The notes: generated by a model from the letters alone, not told the origin. A stretch of DNA of 64,000 bases from Candidatus Omnitrophota bacterium (GCA_028870995.1 JAGWOI010000004.1:17578-81577); one strand, 5' to 3'; positions 23,849-34,676 are shown, counted from the first letter of the stretch. Made by a program: numbers and translations.

Positions 23849-25954
23849 ATGGCACAAGCGCGTGTGGAAATTCCTTTTGGATCTTCCAGTCTAGTCATTG
23901 AATCCGGTAAATTGGCCAAGCAGGCCAATGGGGCTGTAACCGTTTCCTGCGGCGGTACCGTTGTTTTGGTCACGGCCTGTATGGCCAAGCAGCCCAGGGA
24001 GGGGATCGATTTCTTCCCCCTGACGGTTGAATACCAGGAAAAAACTTATTCCGCAGGGAAGATCCCCGGCGGCTTTTTCAAGCGTGAAGGCCGTTCGACG
24101 GAACGTGAAATCCTCGTCTCCCGCCTGATCGACCGTTCCATCCGCCCCTTGTTCCCCGAAGGCTGCCTGAACGAAGTGCAGGTCATTGCCTCCGTCCTGA
24201 GCCATGACGGCGAAAATGATCCCGACATCCTGGCCATGATCGGCGCCTCCGCGGCGCTTATGGTTTCGGATATCCCTTTTGACGGCCCCATCGGTGCTTC
24301 AAGAGTCTGTCTTATCGACGGTACTCTCACGGCCAACCCCACCTTTGCCCAGCGCAAAGAAAAGAACACCATGGATTTGGTAGTGGCAGGTTGGGGCAGC
24401 GGCATTGTCATGATCGAAGGCGAGTCCATTGAAGTTCCCGAACCGCAAGTGCTGGAAGGCCTGAAAATGGCATTGGACACCTTACAGGCTGCCAAGAACG
24501 CCCAGGTGCAGTTGGCCAAGCAGGCGGGGAAGGCCAGGGTTGAAATACCTTTACGCCACGTGAATCCGGATTTTGCCGCCTACGTGCGTCAGCAGGCCAT
24601 CGGGCCCTTGAATGACGCCTACACCAAAATTGCCGACAAGCAAAAGCGCGAAGAGGCGGTCAATGCGGTATTTGCCAAACTGACCGAGAACATGGACGCC
24701 TATGCCCAATTCAACAGCAAGGAGCATGAGATCGGCAAGGGCGATATCGCCGCTCAATTTGAAATTTTGCAGTACGAGGTCATCCGCAACAACGTCTTTG
24801 ACAAAGGCATCCGTGCCGACGGCCGCGGCTTGAAGGACATCCGAGACATCAGCTGCGAGGCAGGCGTACTGCCACGCACGCACGGATCGGCCCTGTTCAC
24901 CCGCGGGCAGACCCAGAGCTTAGGGGTGATCACGCTGGGCACCAAGGATGACGAGCAGCTCATCGAAGGCCTGGAAGAAACCAGTTACAGGACCTTTATG
25001 CTTCATTACAATTTTCCGTCTTTCAGCGTGGGTGAAACCAAGCCCATGCGCGGGCCTGGCCGCCGCGAGATCGGCCATGGGGCCCTTGCAGCCAAGGCCG
25101 TCAAGGCCATGCTGCCGTCGAAGGATGAGTTTCCCTATACGATCCGTGTCGTTTCCGAGATCCTGGAATCCAACGGTTCGTCATCCATGGCCTCGGTGTG
25201 TTCCGCCTCCCTGGCTTTAATGGACGCCGGTGTGCCCATCAAGGCGCCGGTGGCCGGTATTTCCATCGGCCTTATTTCCGATGAGAAACGCAAGGTGCTC
25301 ATCACCGACATCATGGGCCTGGAAGATCATTTCGGCGACATGGATTTCAAGGTGGCCGGTACCTCCAAGGGCGTCAACGCCATCCAGCTGGACCTGAAGA
25401 TCAGAGAGCTTTCCATCGAACTTTTGGAAAAGGCCATCGCCCAGTCCAAGGAAGCGCGCACGATCATTTTAGACAAGATGCATGCCGCGATCTCCTCACC
25501 CCGCGCAGACCTTTCACCGTACGCGCCGCGCATCGTGACCCTGCAGATTCCTCAAGACAAGATCGGCGAGGTCATAGGGCCGGGCGGCAAAACCATCCGC
25601 AAGATGATCGAAGAAAGCGGTGTCACTTCCATCGACATCGAAGAGGACGGCAAGGTCATCGTGGCTTCCCCTGACAAGGAAGCGCTCGACCGCGCCGTTG
25701 GGATGATAAAATCTTTGACCGAAGAGCCTGAGATTGGTAAAATCTACGAAGCAACCGTGAAACGCATCATGAATTTCGGCGCCTTCGTGGAATTCTTACC
25801 TGGCCGCGAAGGGTTGGTCCACGTTTCCGAGATGGCCAATAAATTTGTCAAGGACGTCAACGAGGTAGTCAAGGTCGGCGACAAATTCAAGGTCAAGCTC
25901 GTGGAAAAAGATGAGATGGGCCGGTTTAACCTGAGCAAAAAGCAGGCCGACTAA
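23849..25954 (+). CDS. pnp: Polyribonucleotide nucleotidyltransferase (PNPase)
   Basis: 701 aa with two RNase PH domains, a KH domain (…IGEVIGPGGKTIRKM…) and an S1 domain (…GKIYEATVKRIMNFGAFVEF…). Downstream of rpsO. Confidence 0.92.
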   Translation: MAQARVEIPFGSSSLVIESGKLAKQANGAVTVSCGGTVVLVTACMAKQPREGIDFFPLTVEYQEKTYSAGKIPGGFFKREGRSTEREILVSRLIDRSIRPLFPEGCLNEVQVIASVLSHDGENDPDILAMIGASAALMVSDIPFDGPIGASRVCLIDGTLTANPTFAQRKEKNTMDLVVAGWGSGIVMIEGESIEVPEPQVLEGLKMALDTLQAAKNAQVQLAKQAGKARVEIPLRHVNPDFAAYVRQQAIGPLNDAYTKIADKQKREEAVNAVFAKLTENMDAYAQFNSKEHEIGKGDIAAQFEILQYEVIRNNVFDKGIRADGRGLKDIRDISCEAGVLPRTHGSALFTRGQTQSLGVITLGTKDDEQLIEGLEETSYRTFMLHYNFPSFSVGETKPMRGPGRREIGHGALAAKAVKAMLPSKDEFPYTIRVVSEILESNGSSSMASVCSASLALMDAGVPIKAPVAGISIGLISDEKRKVLITDIMGLEDHFGDMDFKVAGTSKGVNAIQLDLKIRELSIELLEKAIAQSKEARTIILDKMHAAISSPRADLSPYAPRIVTLQIPQDKIGEVIGPGGKTIRKMIEESGVTSIDIEEDGKVIVASPDKEALDRAVGMIKSLTEEPEIGKIYEATVKRIMNFGAFVEFLPGREGLVHVSEMANKFVKDVNEVVKVGDKFKVKLVEKDEMGRFNLSKKQAD

Positions 25955-25976
25955 AAAGATTTGGCCTCATCAGCTA

Positions 25977-28247
25977 ATGAAGCTTGAACACCTCAATGAG
26001 ATCAAGGGCATTGTGATCTTGGGCTTTAGCCTTATTTTGCTGGCTAGCCTGGTGTCCTTCACTCCGATAGACCTTTCCTGGTTTACTTCAAGACCTAACG
26101 ACCCTGTCCACAACTGGATCGGCATTGCCGGCGCTTACGCTGCCGGCATCTTTTTTTTCATGGTCGGTTACAGCGCCTATTTTCTGGTGGGCATCGGCAT
26201 CTTTTTCAGCTGGAACAAATTCACCTCGCGCGATCTGCCTTTTAATTTCTTTAAGTTCTTAAGCATCCTGATCCTGTTCATTGTGGCCGCCGGCCTGTTC
26301 AGTTTTTTTGCAGGCGGCAATGCCGGCGCCGGTTTTATCAACGGAGGGGTCATCGGCGACGTGTTCAGCGGTTTTCTGGTGAAGTATTTCCAGCCGCTGG
26401 GCGCCTTGATCATCCTGTTTACGCTGGGTGCGCTGGCCCTGGTCGTGGCGGGGGAATTCCTGGTGTCACCGTTCTTTGTTTGGCTGGGCAGAAGTGTTTG
26501 GGGCTTCATCCAGCGGGCTTCTAAATTGGTGCCTGCTTCTGCCGTGCCCTCCGCCAACAAGCCGGCGGCTAAAATGGCCAGAAAACCGGTGCAGGAAGCC
26601 GATGAGGACGATGCGCCTGCGGGGCTCAATGAGGAAATAAAAGAAAAATTATTCAGAAGCACGGTGCAGCCTACGCCATTGGCCCAGCAGCCCGCAGCGT
26701 CTAAACCGGCCCCTGCGGCGGCCGCCAAGCCAAATATCCATATCGTCGCACCGCCTAAAACCGAAGTTCCGGCCGATGCCCCCAAACCCGAGCCGAAAGT
26801 GGTCGGGGAATATCATTTGCCCGCGGTCGACCTGCTCAATGATCCGCCGCCGGTTTCCAATACTAAGGTACAGGAAAACCTGATGAACGGTGCCAAGATC
26901 CTGGAAGAGACGCTGGCCGATTTCGGGGTCAATGTCAAGGTGGTGGACATCGAGCGCGGTCCGGTGATCACCCGTTATGAATTACAGCCCGCCCCCGGCG
27001 TCAAGATCCAGAGCATCGCCAGTTTGTCTGATGACCTGGCCCTGGCCTTAAGCGCGCAGGCGGTGCGTATTTTAGCGCCCATCCCCGGCAAGAATCGGGT
27101 GGGTATCGAAGTGCCCAACGGCGCTTCCGCCGCCGTTTTCTTAAAAGATGTGCTGACCCAAGGCCGGGCGCGCCACAGCGATTCGAAACTGGACCTGGCC
27201 ATCGGCAAGGACACCTCCGGCCATCCGGTCATTTCGGACTTGTCGGACATGCCGCATCTTTTGGTTGCAGGGACCACGGGCAGCGGTAAAACCGTTTGCT
27301 TAAACAGCCTGATCATGTCCATTTTGTTTAAGGCCTCACCGTCCGAGGTCAAGTTTATCATGATTGACCCCAAGATGGTGGAGATGATCCCTTATAATGA
27401 CCTGCCGCATTTACTCTGCCCGGTCGTCACGGACGCCAAGAAAGTCCCGGCCGCCCTGAATTGGGTGGTGATGGAGATGGAGAACCGCTATAAGACCTTA
27501 AGCAAGGAAGCGGTGCGCAATATCAAAGGCTATCACGCCAAAGGCCTGCAGATGCCTTATATTATCGTTGTCGTCGATGAATTGGCGGACCTGATGCAGA
27601 CCTCGGCCAAGGCCGTGGAAGGGGCGATCACCCGTCTGGCCCAGTTGGCCCGCGCTGTGGGCATCCATTTGATCCTGGCCACGCAGCGCCCGTCGGTGGA
27701 TGTTATTACCGGTGTCATCAAGGCCAATTTCCCGTCGAGAATTTCATTTAAAGTGGCCTCCAAGGTGGATTCCCGCACGGTCCTCGACACCAACGGCGCC
27801 GAAACTCTGCTCGGCAAGGGAGACTTCCTTTTTATGAGGACCGGTGATCCCAAGCCGCTGCGCGGCCAGTGCTGCTATGTGTCGGACGAAGAGATCAACC
27901 GGGTCATAGATTTTATTAAAAAACAGGGGCAGCCGGAGTATAATGAGAGCGTTCTTAAACCTCAGCCGGCCGCCGGCGGCGGCTCCATGGAAGAGAAGGA
28001 TGAAATGTATGACGAGGCCGTGCGGGTGGTGATCGAGACCAACCAGGCTTCGGTGACGATTTTGCAGCGACGCCTGCGCCTGGGCTACGGCCGCGCGGCG
28101 CGGTTGGTCGACATGATGGAACAAAACGGCATTGTGGGCCCGTATGCCGGCAGCAAGGCCAGGGACATCCTGGTGGACCGCGAAAAATGGCTTTTAGAAA
28201 ACATGGGGGAAGCAAAGACCGATGTCGTCGATGGACAGCAACAATAG
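25977..28247 (+). CDS. ftsK: DNA translocase FtsK
   Basis: N-terminal TM domain, PA-rich linker, motor domain with Walker A GTTGSGKT and an FtsK gamma-like C-terminus. Confidence 0.9.
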   Translation: MKLEHLNEIKGIVILGFSLILLASLVSFTPIDLSWFTSRPNDPVHNWIGIAGAYAAGIFFFMVGYSAYFLVGIGIFFSWNKFTSRDLPFNFFKFLSILILFIVAAGLFSFFAGGNAGAGFINGGVIGDVFSGFLVKYFQPLGALIILFTLGALALVVAGEFLVSPFFVWLGRSVWGFIQRASKLVPASAVPSANKPAAKMARKPVQEADEDDAPAGLNEEIKEKLFRSTVQPTPLAQQPAASKPAPAAAAKPNIHIVAPPKTEVPADAPKPEPKVVGEYHLPAVDLLNDPPPVSNTKVQENLMNGAKILEETLADFGVNVKVVDIERGPVITRYELQPAPGVKIQSIASLSDDLALALSAQAVRILAPIPGKNRVGIEVPNGASAAVFLKDVLTQGRARHSDSKLDLAIGKDTSGHPVISDLSDMPHLLVAGTTGSGKTVCLNSLIMSILFKASPSEVKFIMIDPKMVEMIPYNDLPHLLCPVVTDAKKVPAALNWVVMEMENRYKTLSKEAVRNIKGYHAKGLQMPYIIVVVDELADLMQTSAKAVEGAITRLAQLARAVGIHLILATQRPSVDVITGVIKANFPSRISFKVASKVDSRTVLDTNGAETLLGKGDFLFMRTGDPKPLRGQCCYVSDEEINRVIDFIKKQGQPEYNESVLKPQPAAGGGSMEEKDEMYDEAVRVVIETNQASVTILQRRLRLGYGRAARLVDMMEQNGIVGPYAGSKARDILVDREKWLLENMGEAKTDVVDGQQQ

Positions 28248-29058
28248 CGTCAAGCCTTCTGTTTTAAAGGACACCCGGGAATCCAAGGGCCTGACCCTGG
28301 AGATCGTGCATGAAGCCACCAAGATCCCCCTGGATGCCTTGAAGGCGATTGAGGAAGGCTATTCCTCGCGCATTTTGTCGCCCTTTTATTACCGGGGCTT
28401 CATTAAAATTTATTCCGAGTTTTTAGGCTTGGATGTTAAGGAGATATACCGGCAGTACGGCGTTGACCAGCCGGCCAATCAGCCGGCCGCCACACCGACT
28501 TCACGCAAACCGGCTGCCGGAGGGGCCCAGCCCAACCTTTTTCTCGAACAAACGCAGGATTGGATAGGCGTCTTGTTGAAACCCAAAAATCTCCAGGCGG
28601 CCGGCAAGGTTATCGCATTTTTAGTGTTGTTCTTTCTGCTTTTTAAGGCGGGTGGTTGGGTGGCCGGACACCTGCACCAAAAAGCCGCGGCCAAAAGGGT
28701 GATTGTCCATAAGAATGCCCGTGAAACTCTGCCGTTGAGGGCAACGGCCGCGCCGGTTGCGGCCAGGCACACGATGGTGGCCGCTCCCAGCCGCAATCGA
28801 AAGGCGGAAGTGGCGGTCAGGGCCTCGAGGAATGTCTGGCTTCGCGTCAAGACCGACGGTACGGTCGTTTTTGAGACGGTTTTGCGCAAGGGGTCGCTGG
28901 AAACCTGGACAGCCAAGGACAAGATCGAGATGTCGGGCAGGGACTTGCAGCGCCTGGATATGGAGATCAACGGTAAGCATGTGGGCTTTTTGGGCGGCGG
29001 CGGCCGCCGGATCAGCTGGGTGGTCATTACGCCCGAAGGATTGACGGTTAAAAAATAA
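28222..29058 (+). CDS. HTH (XRE-like) domain membrane protein, RodZ-like
   Basis: N-terminal HTH (…KGLTLEIVHEATKIPLDALKAIEEG…), a TM segment (VIAFLVLFFLLF) and a C-terminal DUF4115-like domain. Confidence 0.55.
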   Translation: MSSMDSNNSVKPSVLKDTRESKGLTLEIVHEATKIPLDALKAIEEGYSSRILSPFYYRGFIKIYSEFLGLDVKEIYRQYGVDQPANQPAATPTSRKPAAGGAQPNLFLEQTQDWIGVLLKPKNLQAAGKVIAFLVLFFLLFKAGGWVAGHLHQKAAAKRVIVHKNARETLPLRATAAPVAARHTMVAAPSRNRKAEVAVRASRNVWLRVKTDGTVVFETVLRKGSLETWTAKDKIEMSGRDLQRLDMEINGKHVGFLGGGGRRISWVVITPEGLTVKK

Positions 29059-29059
29059 G

Positions 29060-30361
29060 ATGATGAGGACAACTAAGGATTTCCAAAAGGAACGCCTTAG
29101 CGCCGGCCAAAAGGTCGGCGTTATTAATTTAGGCTGCGCCCGCAATCTCGTGGACGCCCAGATGATGCTGGGCCGTCTCAAGAAGAACGGGCACCGCATT
29201 GTCGAAGCAGACCAGGCCCAGACGGTCATCGTCAACACCTGTTCTTTTATCGAGGAGGCGCGGCGGGAGTCCGTTGACACCATCCTCGATTTGATCGAAT
29301 TGAAAAAAAACGGCAAGATCAAAAAGGTGATCGTGGCCGGCTGCCTGAGCCAGCGCTACGGCAAGGATTTGGCCAAGGAATTCCCCGAAGTTGATGCCTT
29401 TGTGGGCACGCCAACCTTGAACCGCCAGGAAAACCCCCAGCAGGTGCAGCTTACTCCTAAACATTTCGCCTATGTCAAAATATGCGAGAGCTGTTTTAAT
29501 GCCTGCTCGTTTTGCGCCATCCCCAAGATCAAGGGGAAATTCGTCTCGCGTACCATCGAATCCGTTGTCAAGGAAGTCCAGGCCCTAGATGCCCAGGGCG
29601 TCAAGGAAATCAATATCATCGGCCAGGACATCACGGCTTACGGCATGGATATTTACCGCGAGAAATCGCTGGCCAGGCTGCTCAAAGAGCTGGTCAAGGT
29701 GACCCGGAACATCGAGTGGATCCGGCTGCTGTATGCCTTTCCCGCCCATGTCACCGATGAGCTTATCGAGACCATGGCCCGGGAGCCTAAGATCTGCAAA
29801 TACATCGACATGCCCCTGCAGCACATCAGCGATCATATCCTTGAGGAGCAGAACCGCAATATCACCGCTCAAGGGACCATGGAACTCATCCGCAAGATCC
29901 GCCAGGCCATGCCGCAGGGCTTTTTGCGCACCACCTTTATTACCGGGCTGCCGGGTGAAAGCGAGAAGGATTTTGGGCAGCTGCGCTCTTTTGTGAAAGA
30001 TTTCCGTTTTGAACGGGTCGGCGTTTTCGTTTATTCCCGGGAAGAGGGTACTGGGGCTGCGCAAATGAAGGAGCAGGTGCCCGAAAAAACCAAAAAAGCC
30101 CGTCTGGATGTCCTCATGCAGGACCAGCAGGTCATTTCGGCCGGGATCCAACAGTCCTTTGTGGGGCGTACTTTAAAGGTGCTTATCGAAGAGAAGGAAA
30201 ATGGCAGCCTGGAAACCTATATCGGCCGCAGCGAGTATGACGCGCCGGATGTGGACGGGGTGGTCTATGTGCGTTCGAACAAAGAGCTTAAGGCCGGCGA
30301 CTTTGTATCCGTTAAGATCACCGATGCCTATGAATATGATTTAGCCGGAGTAGTGGCATGA
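29060..30361 (+). CDS. rimO: Radical-SAM methylthiotransferase, MiaB/RimO family (RimO-like, ribosomal protein S12 methylthiotransferase)
   Basis: MTTase N-domain (VNTCSFIEEA), radical-SAM CxxxCxxC motif (CFNACSFC) and a C-terminal TRAM-like region. Confidence 0.8.
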   Translation: MMRTTKDFQKERLSAGQKVGVINLGCARNLVDAQMMLGRLKKNGHRIVEADQAQTVIVNTCSFIEEARRESVDTILDLIELKKNGKIKKVIVAGCLSQRYGKDLAKEFPEVDAFVGTPTLNRQENPQQVQLTPKHFAYVKICESCFNACSFCAIPKIKGKFVSRTIESVVKEVQALDAQGVKEINIIGQDITAYGMDIYREKSLARLLKELVKVTRNIEWIRLLYAFPAHVTDELIETMAREPKICKYIDMPLQHISDHILEEQNRNITAQGTMELIRKIRQAMPQGFLRTTFITGLPGESEKDFGQLRSFVKDFRFERVGVFVYSREEGTGAAQMKEQVPEKTKKARLDVLMQDQQVISAGIQQSFVGRTLKVLIEEKENGSLETYIGRSEYDAPDVDGVVYVRSNKELKAGDFVSVKITDAYEYDLAGVVA

Positions 30362-30897
30362 ATTTACCCAATACCCTGACCCTTTCACGCATTGTTTTGG
30401 CGGCCGTGCTGGTCTTGCTTTTGCACGAGCGTTCCTTGACCGGCAATATCTGGGCGGTCATTGTCTTTGTGATCGCCTCATTGACGGATTTCTTTGACGG
30501 CCACCTGGCCAAGACCAGGGGTGTCATCAGCGACTTCGGCAAGATCATGGACCCTATCGCCGACAAGGTGCTGATGTTGTCCGTATTTGCGGTCCTGGCC
30601 CATCTGGGCCAGATCGCCGCCTGGATGTTCATCGTGATTGCCGTGCGCGAAGTGGGAGTTACTCTCTACAGGCTCCAAGCCATGCGTCAGGGCTTGGTAT
30701 TGCCTGCCGAGAAGGCCGGTAAAATGAAGACCGTGGCCCAAATGATCGCGGTTTCGTCCTTGCTGTTATATCTCGTGGCCAGGCAGTTTGAAGGTGTCTT
30801 GAACTGGTGGGCTCAAATCAATTACATTTTGATGCTGGCAGCCGTTGTATTAACTGTTTATTCAGGCATAGAGTGCTTGCGCCGCAAGAAGATATGA
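30358..30897 (+). CDS. pgsA: CDP-diacylglycerol--glycerol-3-phosphate 3-phosphatidyltransferase
   Basis: CDP-alcohol phosphatidyltransferase motif D-x2-DG-x2-AR…G-x3-D-x3-D (DFFDGHLAKTRGVISDFGKIMDPIADKV). Confidence 0.85.
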   Translation: MNLPNTLTLSRIVLAAVLVLLLHERSLTGNIWAVIVFVIASLTDFFDGHLAKTRGVISDFGKIMDPIADKVLMLSVFAVLAHLGQIAAWMFIVIAVREVGVTLYRLQAMRQGLVLPAEKAGKMKTVAQMIAVSSLLLYLVARQFEGVLNWWAQINYILMLAAVVLTVYSGIECLRRKKI

Positions 30898-31349
30898 AAA
30901 ATTCATTGATGAAGGCTTTTGCAACCGTGTTGGGGGTCGGTTTCCTGCCGGCAGCTCCCGGCACCTGGGCCACGGCTGTGGGGATCGTGATTGCTTATTA
31001 TTCCAGCGCTAATGTGGTCATTTATACCGTCCTTCTTTTGGTCTTACTGGCTTTGGGCATTGTGGCCACAGGCCGGGTAGCCAAACAAATGGGACAGAAG
31101 GATCCGGGGTGCCTGTGCATTGACGAGGTGGTTGGGATCATGATCGCCTTATGGGGCCTGCCGCTTATGTGGTCCATTATGATCTGCGGATTTTTCTTGT
31201 TTAGGGCTTTTGATATGTTTAAAATATATCCCATTAACAGGCTTGAGGGCCTGCACGGCGGTTGGGGTATTATGCTTGATGACTGTATGGCAGGGGTATA
31301 TACTAATATTCTCTTGCGTATTGCCCTGCGATGCGCGGGTATCTTTTAA
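30894..31349 (+). CDS. pgpA: Phosphatidylglycerophosphatase A
   Basis: ATGA overlap with pgsA. PgpA N-terminal motif (GVGFLPAAPGTWAT). Confidence 0.8.
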   Translation: MKNSLMKAFATVLGVGFLPAAPGTWATAVGIVIAYYSSANVVIYTVLLLVLLALGIVATGRVAKQMGQKDPGCLCIDEVVGIMIALWGLPLMWSIMICGFFLFRAFDMFKIYPINRLEGLHGGWGIMLDDCMAGVYTNILLRIALRCAGIF

Positions 31350-31386
31350 GCAAGGATGACAAACACCAGTTGGGAGGGAAGTTACG

Positions 31387-32133
31387 ATGGAAAGCAGCAA
31401 TCCGACGTTAAATGAAAGAGCTTTTGGTGCCGCACGCGTAGGCATTGGCGAGCCGGCCATGACCATCCAGGGGACGGTTAATAAGACCTTGATTCTCCTA
31501 GGGATTTTGATGGCCTGCGCCATGTGGACTTGGAGTCAGGCTTATAATCCGGCCAGCCAGGGCCTGTTAAGCGGGGTATTTTTCGTGTCCATGATCGGCG
31601 GTCTTATATTGGCCGTGGCCACTTCTTTTAAACCCAAATGGTCGCCTATCACCGCTCCTTTGTATGCGGCATGCGAAGGCCTGCTTTTAGGGGTGCTTTC
31701 AGCTTATTTCGAAGCGCGTTATCCAGGCATTGTTATGCAGGCCGTGGGCCTGACCTTTGCCGTGACCTTAGCCATGCTCATGGGCTATAAATCAGGATGG
31801 CTTCAGGCCACACCTGGTTTGCGCAAGGGGTTGTTTATCGCCATGGGCGGTTTGATGATCTTTTATGTGGTCGTCTGGATCGCCTCCTTTTTCGGCATCC
31901 ACCCGCCGGGCTTCATCAATGGCGGCGGTCCCTTGGGCATCGCCTTCAGCTTGTTCGTGGTGGGCATTGCGGCTTTGTCCCTGGTTCTGGATTTCGATCT
32001 TATCGAGTCCGCCTGCCGCGAAGGCCTGGAAAGGTACATGGAATGGTATGGTGCCTTTGCCCTGATGGTGACCTTGATCTGGCTTTACATGGAAATCCTG
32101 CGCCTTTTGTCCAAACTCAACCGCAGGGATTAA
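31387..32133 (+). CDS. Bax-inhibitor-1/YccA family membrane protein
   Basis: Seven predicted TM helices. BI-1-like layout with a cytoplasmic N-terminus. Confidence 0.55.
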   Translation: MESSNPTLNERAFGAARVGIGEPAMTIQGTVNKTLILLGILMACAMWTWSQAYNPASQGLLSGVFFVSMIGGLILAVATSFKPKWSPITAPLYAACEGLLLGVLSAYFEARYPGIVMQAVGLTFAVTLAMLMGYKSGWLQATPGLRKGLFIAMGGLMIFYVVVWIASFFGIHPPGFINGGGPLGIAFSLFVVGIAALSLVLDFDLIESACREGLERYMEWYGAFALMVTLIWLYMEILRLLSKLNRRD

Positions 32134-32146
32134 GAATCGCACAGTC

Positions 32147-32170
32147 AAAAAAGGGGACTGTCCCTTTTTT
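32147..32170. terminator. Bidirectional terminator between convergent genes; copy of the GGGGACTGTCCC palindromic element
   Basis: AAAAAAGGGGACTGTCCCTTTTTT. Confidence 0.6.
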
Positions 32171-32180
32171 GTTCCTATTT

Positions 32181-32846
32181 TTAGAGTTTCTTTTTGTTTA
32201 ATTCGTAGATGACATCGAGGATGATAAGCCCCGCGGCAATGAGGATCAAGGTCCAGGCATTATCATTGAGGGCTTTATGCTCGATGAACAGGCGGGTCTT
32301 CAGGTAAAAAACCACCAGCAGGATAAAAACCCAGAAAGCAGGTTTATGCTCCTTGCTTTTAAGCAGCCTGTTCAGGCTGAAAGGCCACTTTTCCCCCTTG
32401 GTATAAGGGATGAGGCTGGGAAGCATGGCCGGCACATGCCGGCAATAGTCGATATAGGCGTCCTTGAATTTGGCGGCGAGCATACCTTGTTCACCGTTGA
32501 TGGTGCGGTAGTATTGAAAGCTTAAGGCTAATAAAAGAAGGAGGCCCGCCGCGTGCTCGATCACCGGCGGGTTGCTTTTAAGGACCAGCATAAATCCAGC
32601 GGCGATCAGGAAGGTGCCGACATACAAGGGGTTGCGTACGAACGCGTAAGGTCCTGACGTGGTCAGCTTGTCGTTCTTGATGGCATAACCGTTGGACCAC
32701 AGGCGCAGCACGGTACCGGCGATGATAAAGCCTATGCCTGTTTTAAGGGAGGCTTCATCCAGCCAGCAGAAAAACAGAAAGAAAAAACCAAAAGGATAAA
32801 TAACGGCAAAACGGGGTTTTAGCCAGCGTTCCATGCGTTGATTCAT
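32181..32846 (-). CDS. Isoprenylcysteine carboxyl methyltransferase / phospholipid methyltransferase family membrane protein
   Basis: Multi-TM protein with the …GPYAFVRNPLYVG… motif typical of ICMT/PEMT-family methyltransferases. Confidence 0.65.
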   Translation of the reverse strand: MNQRMERWLKPRFAVIYPFGFFFLFFCWLDEASLKTGIGFIIAGTVLRLWSNGYAIKNDKLTTSGPYAFVRNPLYVGTFLIAAGFMLVLKSNPPVIEHAAGLLLLLALSFQYYRTINGEQGMLAAKFKDAYIDYCRHVPAMLPSLIPYTKGEKWPFSLNRLLKSKEHKPAFWVFILLVVFYLKTRLFIEHKALNDNAWTLILIAAGLIILDVIYELNKKKL

Positions 32847-32865
32847 AAGCGGTCATTATACCTGA

Positions 32866-33330
32866 TTAAACGGACTTGGCCAGTATTTTTAAAGCGGTTT
32901 GGGCGGCTTGCTTTTTAACGGCGAGGCGGCTTCCTTTAAAAAGACACCTTTTGACAGTCGTTTTTTTGCCGGTACTTTGGGCGATAAACACAAGACCGAC
33001 AGGTTTGGCCGCGCTGCCGCCTCCGGGGCCGGCAATGCCGGTCACGCCTAATCCCACATCTGTTTTCAATATTTTACGTACCCCTTCAGCCATAGCTGCG
33101 GCCACCGCTGCGCTGACAGCGCCGTGTTTTACAAGCAAGCTGGAAGGGACCCGCAATGTTTTGGTTTTGGCGGCATTATCATAAGCGACCACCCCTAACA
33201 AGAAGAAGGCAGAAGCGCCCGCCGCATTGGTCAGGTTGTCGGCTATAAGGCCTCCGGTACAGGATTCGGCAATGGATAGGGTTTTACCGGTCTTCAGGAA
33301 TCGCCTCAGGATTTTTTGTTCGAGACCCAT
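32866..33330 (-). CDS. CinA C-terminal domain protein (nicotinamide-nucleotide amidohydrolase PncC-like)
   Basis: …LSIAESCTGGLIADNLTNAAGAS… motif. Start set at the internal Met (33330) because the longer 5' extension would overlap the rib promoter. Confidence 0.7.
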   Translation of the reverse strand: MGLEQKILRRFLKTGKTLSIAESCTGGLIADNLTNAAGASAFFLLGVVAYDNAAKTKTLRVPSSLLVKHGAVSAAVAAAMAEGVRKILKTDVGLGVTGIAGPGGGSAAKPVGLVFIAQSTGKKTTVKRCLFKGSRLAVKKQAAQTALKILAKSV

Positions 33331-33389
33331 ATTATTTATAGTATTGGGGTTAGAGATATTTACTACCATTATAGGGACGGGGAATTCGG

Positions 33390-33418
33390 TTGACAAGCCC
33401 TATATTAGAGCATATACT
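33390..33418 (+). promoter_or_regulatory. Sigma70-type promoter for the rib operon (TTGACA-17-TATACT)
   Basis: Read directly from the sequence. Two Shine-Dalgarno-like motifs follow before ribBA ATG 33469. Confidence 0.55.
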
Positions 33419-33468
33419 TTACTTCTTTAAGGAGGCTGCTTATTTAATTTTTAAGGAAGAGATAACCC

Positions 33469-34671
33469 ATGTTTAATTCCATTTCTGAAATTGTACAAGA
33501 TCTTAGAGCCGGCCGCATGGTCATCGTCATGGATGACGAAGGCCGGGAAAACGAAGGCGATCTGCTGATTGCCGCCCAATTTGTCACGCCCGAGGCCGTC
33601 AATTTTATGGCCAGGGAAGCCCGCGGTCTTATCTGCGTTCCCATGGAGGACGGCCGCCTCACGGACCTGGATCTGCATCCCATGAAGGAAGATATCCATT
33701 CCAAACACCAGCGCTGCAATACGGCGTGGACCGTGTCCGTGGATGCGGCATACGGCGTGACCACGGGGATCTCAGCCGCGGACCGCGCCAAGACCGTCAA
33801 AGTTCTTATCGATCCCAAGTCCACTCCGGCTGATCTGGTGACACCCGGCCATTTGTTTCCCTTGCGCGCCCGCCGGGGTGGGGTCCTGGTGCGTGCCGGA
33901 CATACGGAGGCGTCTGTTGATTTAATGCGCCTGGCGGATCTGTACCCGGCCGGGGTCATTTGCGAGATCATGAACGATGACGGGACCATGGCCCGAACCC
34001 AGGATTTGATCAAGTTTGCCCAGAAACATAAAATAAAGATTTGCACCATCGACAGCCTGATCGAGCACCGCCGCAAGACAGAAAAACTCGTCCAGCGGGT
34101 GGAAGAGGCCGCCTTGCCCACCGAATATGGGGATTTCAAGATGGTGGCGTATGAATCGCTGGTCGACGGGGTCATCCATGTCGCCCTGGTGAAGGGAACC
34201 ATCGACAGCGCCCAGCCGATCCTGGTGCGGGCCCAGTCGGAATGCCTGACCGGGGACGTGTTCGGCTCCCTGCGCTGCGATTGCAACAGCCAGCTTAAGG
34301 CTGCCATGAAGGCCATCAACGAGGCGGGCCAGGGTGTCGTGCTCTACATTCGCCAGCATGAAGGCCGCGGGATAGGCCTGGTCAACAAGCTAAAAGCCTA
34401 TAATTTGCAGGATGACGGCATGGATACCGTCGAGGCCAACCAGGCCCTGGGATTCGCGGCGGACTTGCGCGATTACGGCATCGGCGCGCAGATCCTGGTG
34501 GATTTGGGGGTCAAGCAGATCCAACTGCTGACCAACAATCCCCGTAAGATCGTCGGACTGGAAGGCTATGGCTTGACCGTCATCGAGCGCGTGCCCATTA
34601 AAATCCCTCATAATACGACCAACGAAAATTATTTAAAAGCTAAGAAGAACAAGCTGGGCCACATCCTTTAA
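33469..34671 (+). CDS. ribBA: Bifunctional 3,4-dihydroxy-2-butanone-4-phosphate synthase / GTP cyclohydrolase II
   Basis: DHBP synthase motifs (RENEGDL) and the GTP cyclohydrolase II zinc motif ([14 protein letters not shown]). Confidence 0.92.
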   Translation: MFNSISEIVQDLRAGRMVIVMDDEGRENEGDLLIAAQFVTPEAVNFMAREARGLICVPMEDGRLTDLDLHPMKEDIHSKHQRCNTAWTVSVDAAYGVTTGISAADRAKTVKVLIDPKSTPADLVTPGHLFPLRARRGGVLVRAGHTEASVDLMRLADLYPAGVICEIMNDDGTMARTQDLIKFAQKHKIKICTIDSLIEHRRKTEKLVQRVEEAALPTEYGDFKMVAYESLVDGVIHVALVKGTIDSAQPILVRAQSECLTGDVFGSLRCDCNSQLKAAMKAINEAGQGVVLYIRQHEGRGIGLVNKLKAYNLQDDGMDTVEANQALGFAADLRDYGIGAQILVDLGVKQIQLLTNNPRKIVGLEGYGLTVIERVPIKIPHNTTNENYLKAKKNKLGHIL

Positions 34672-34676
34672 GCCTT

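Noticed and set aside
33331-33468. FMN riboswitch (RFN element) expected upstream of the rib operon
   Set aside because: The predicted promoter leaves only ~45 nt of leader before the ribBA ATG, far shorter than an RFN aptamer. No GGAT/AGGATAGGGTGAAATTCCC-type conserved segments are visible.
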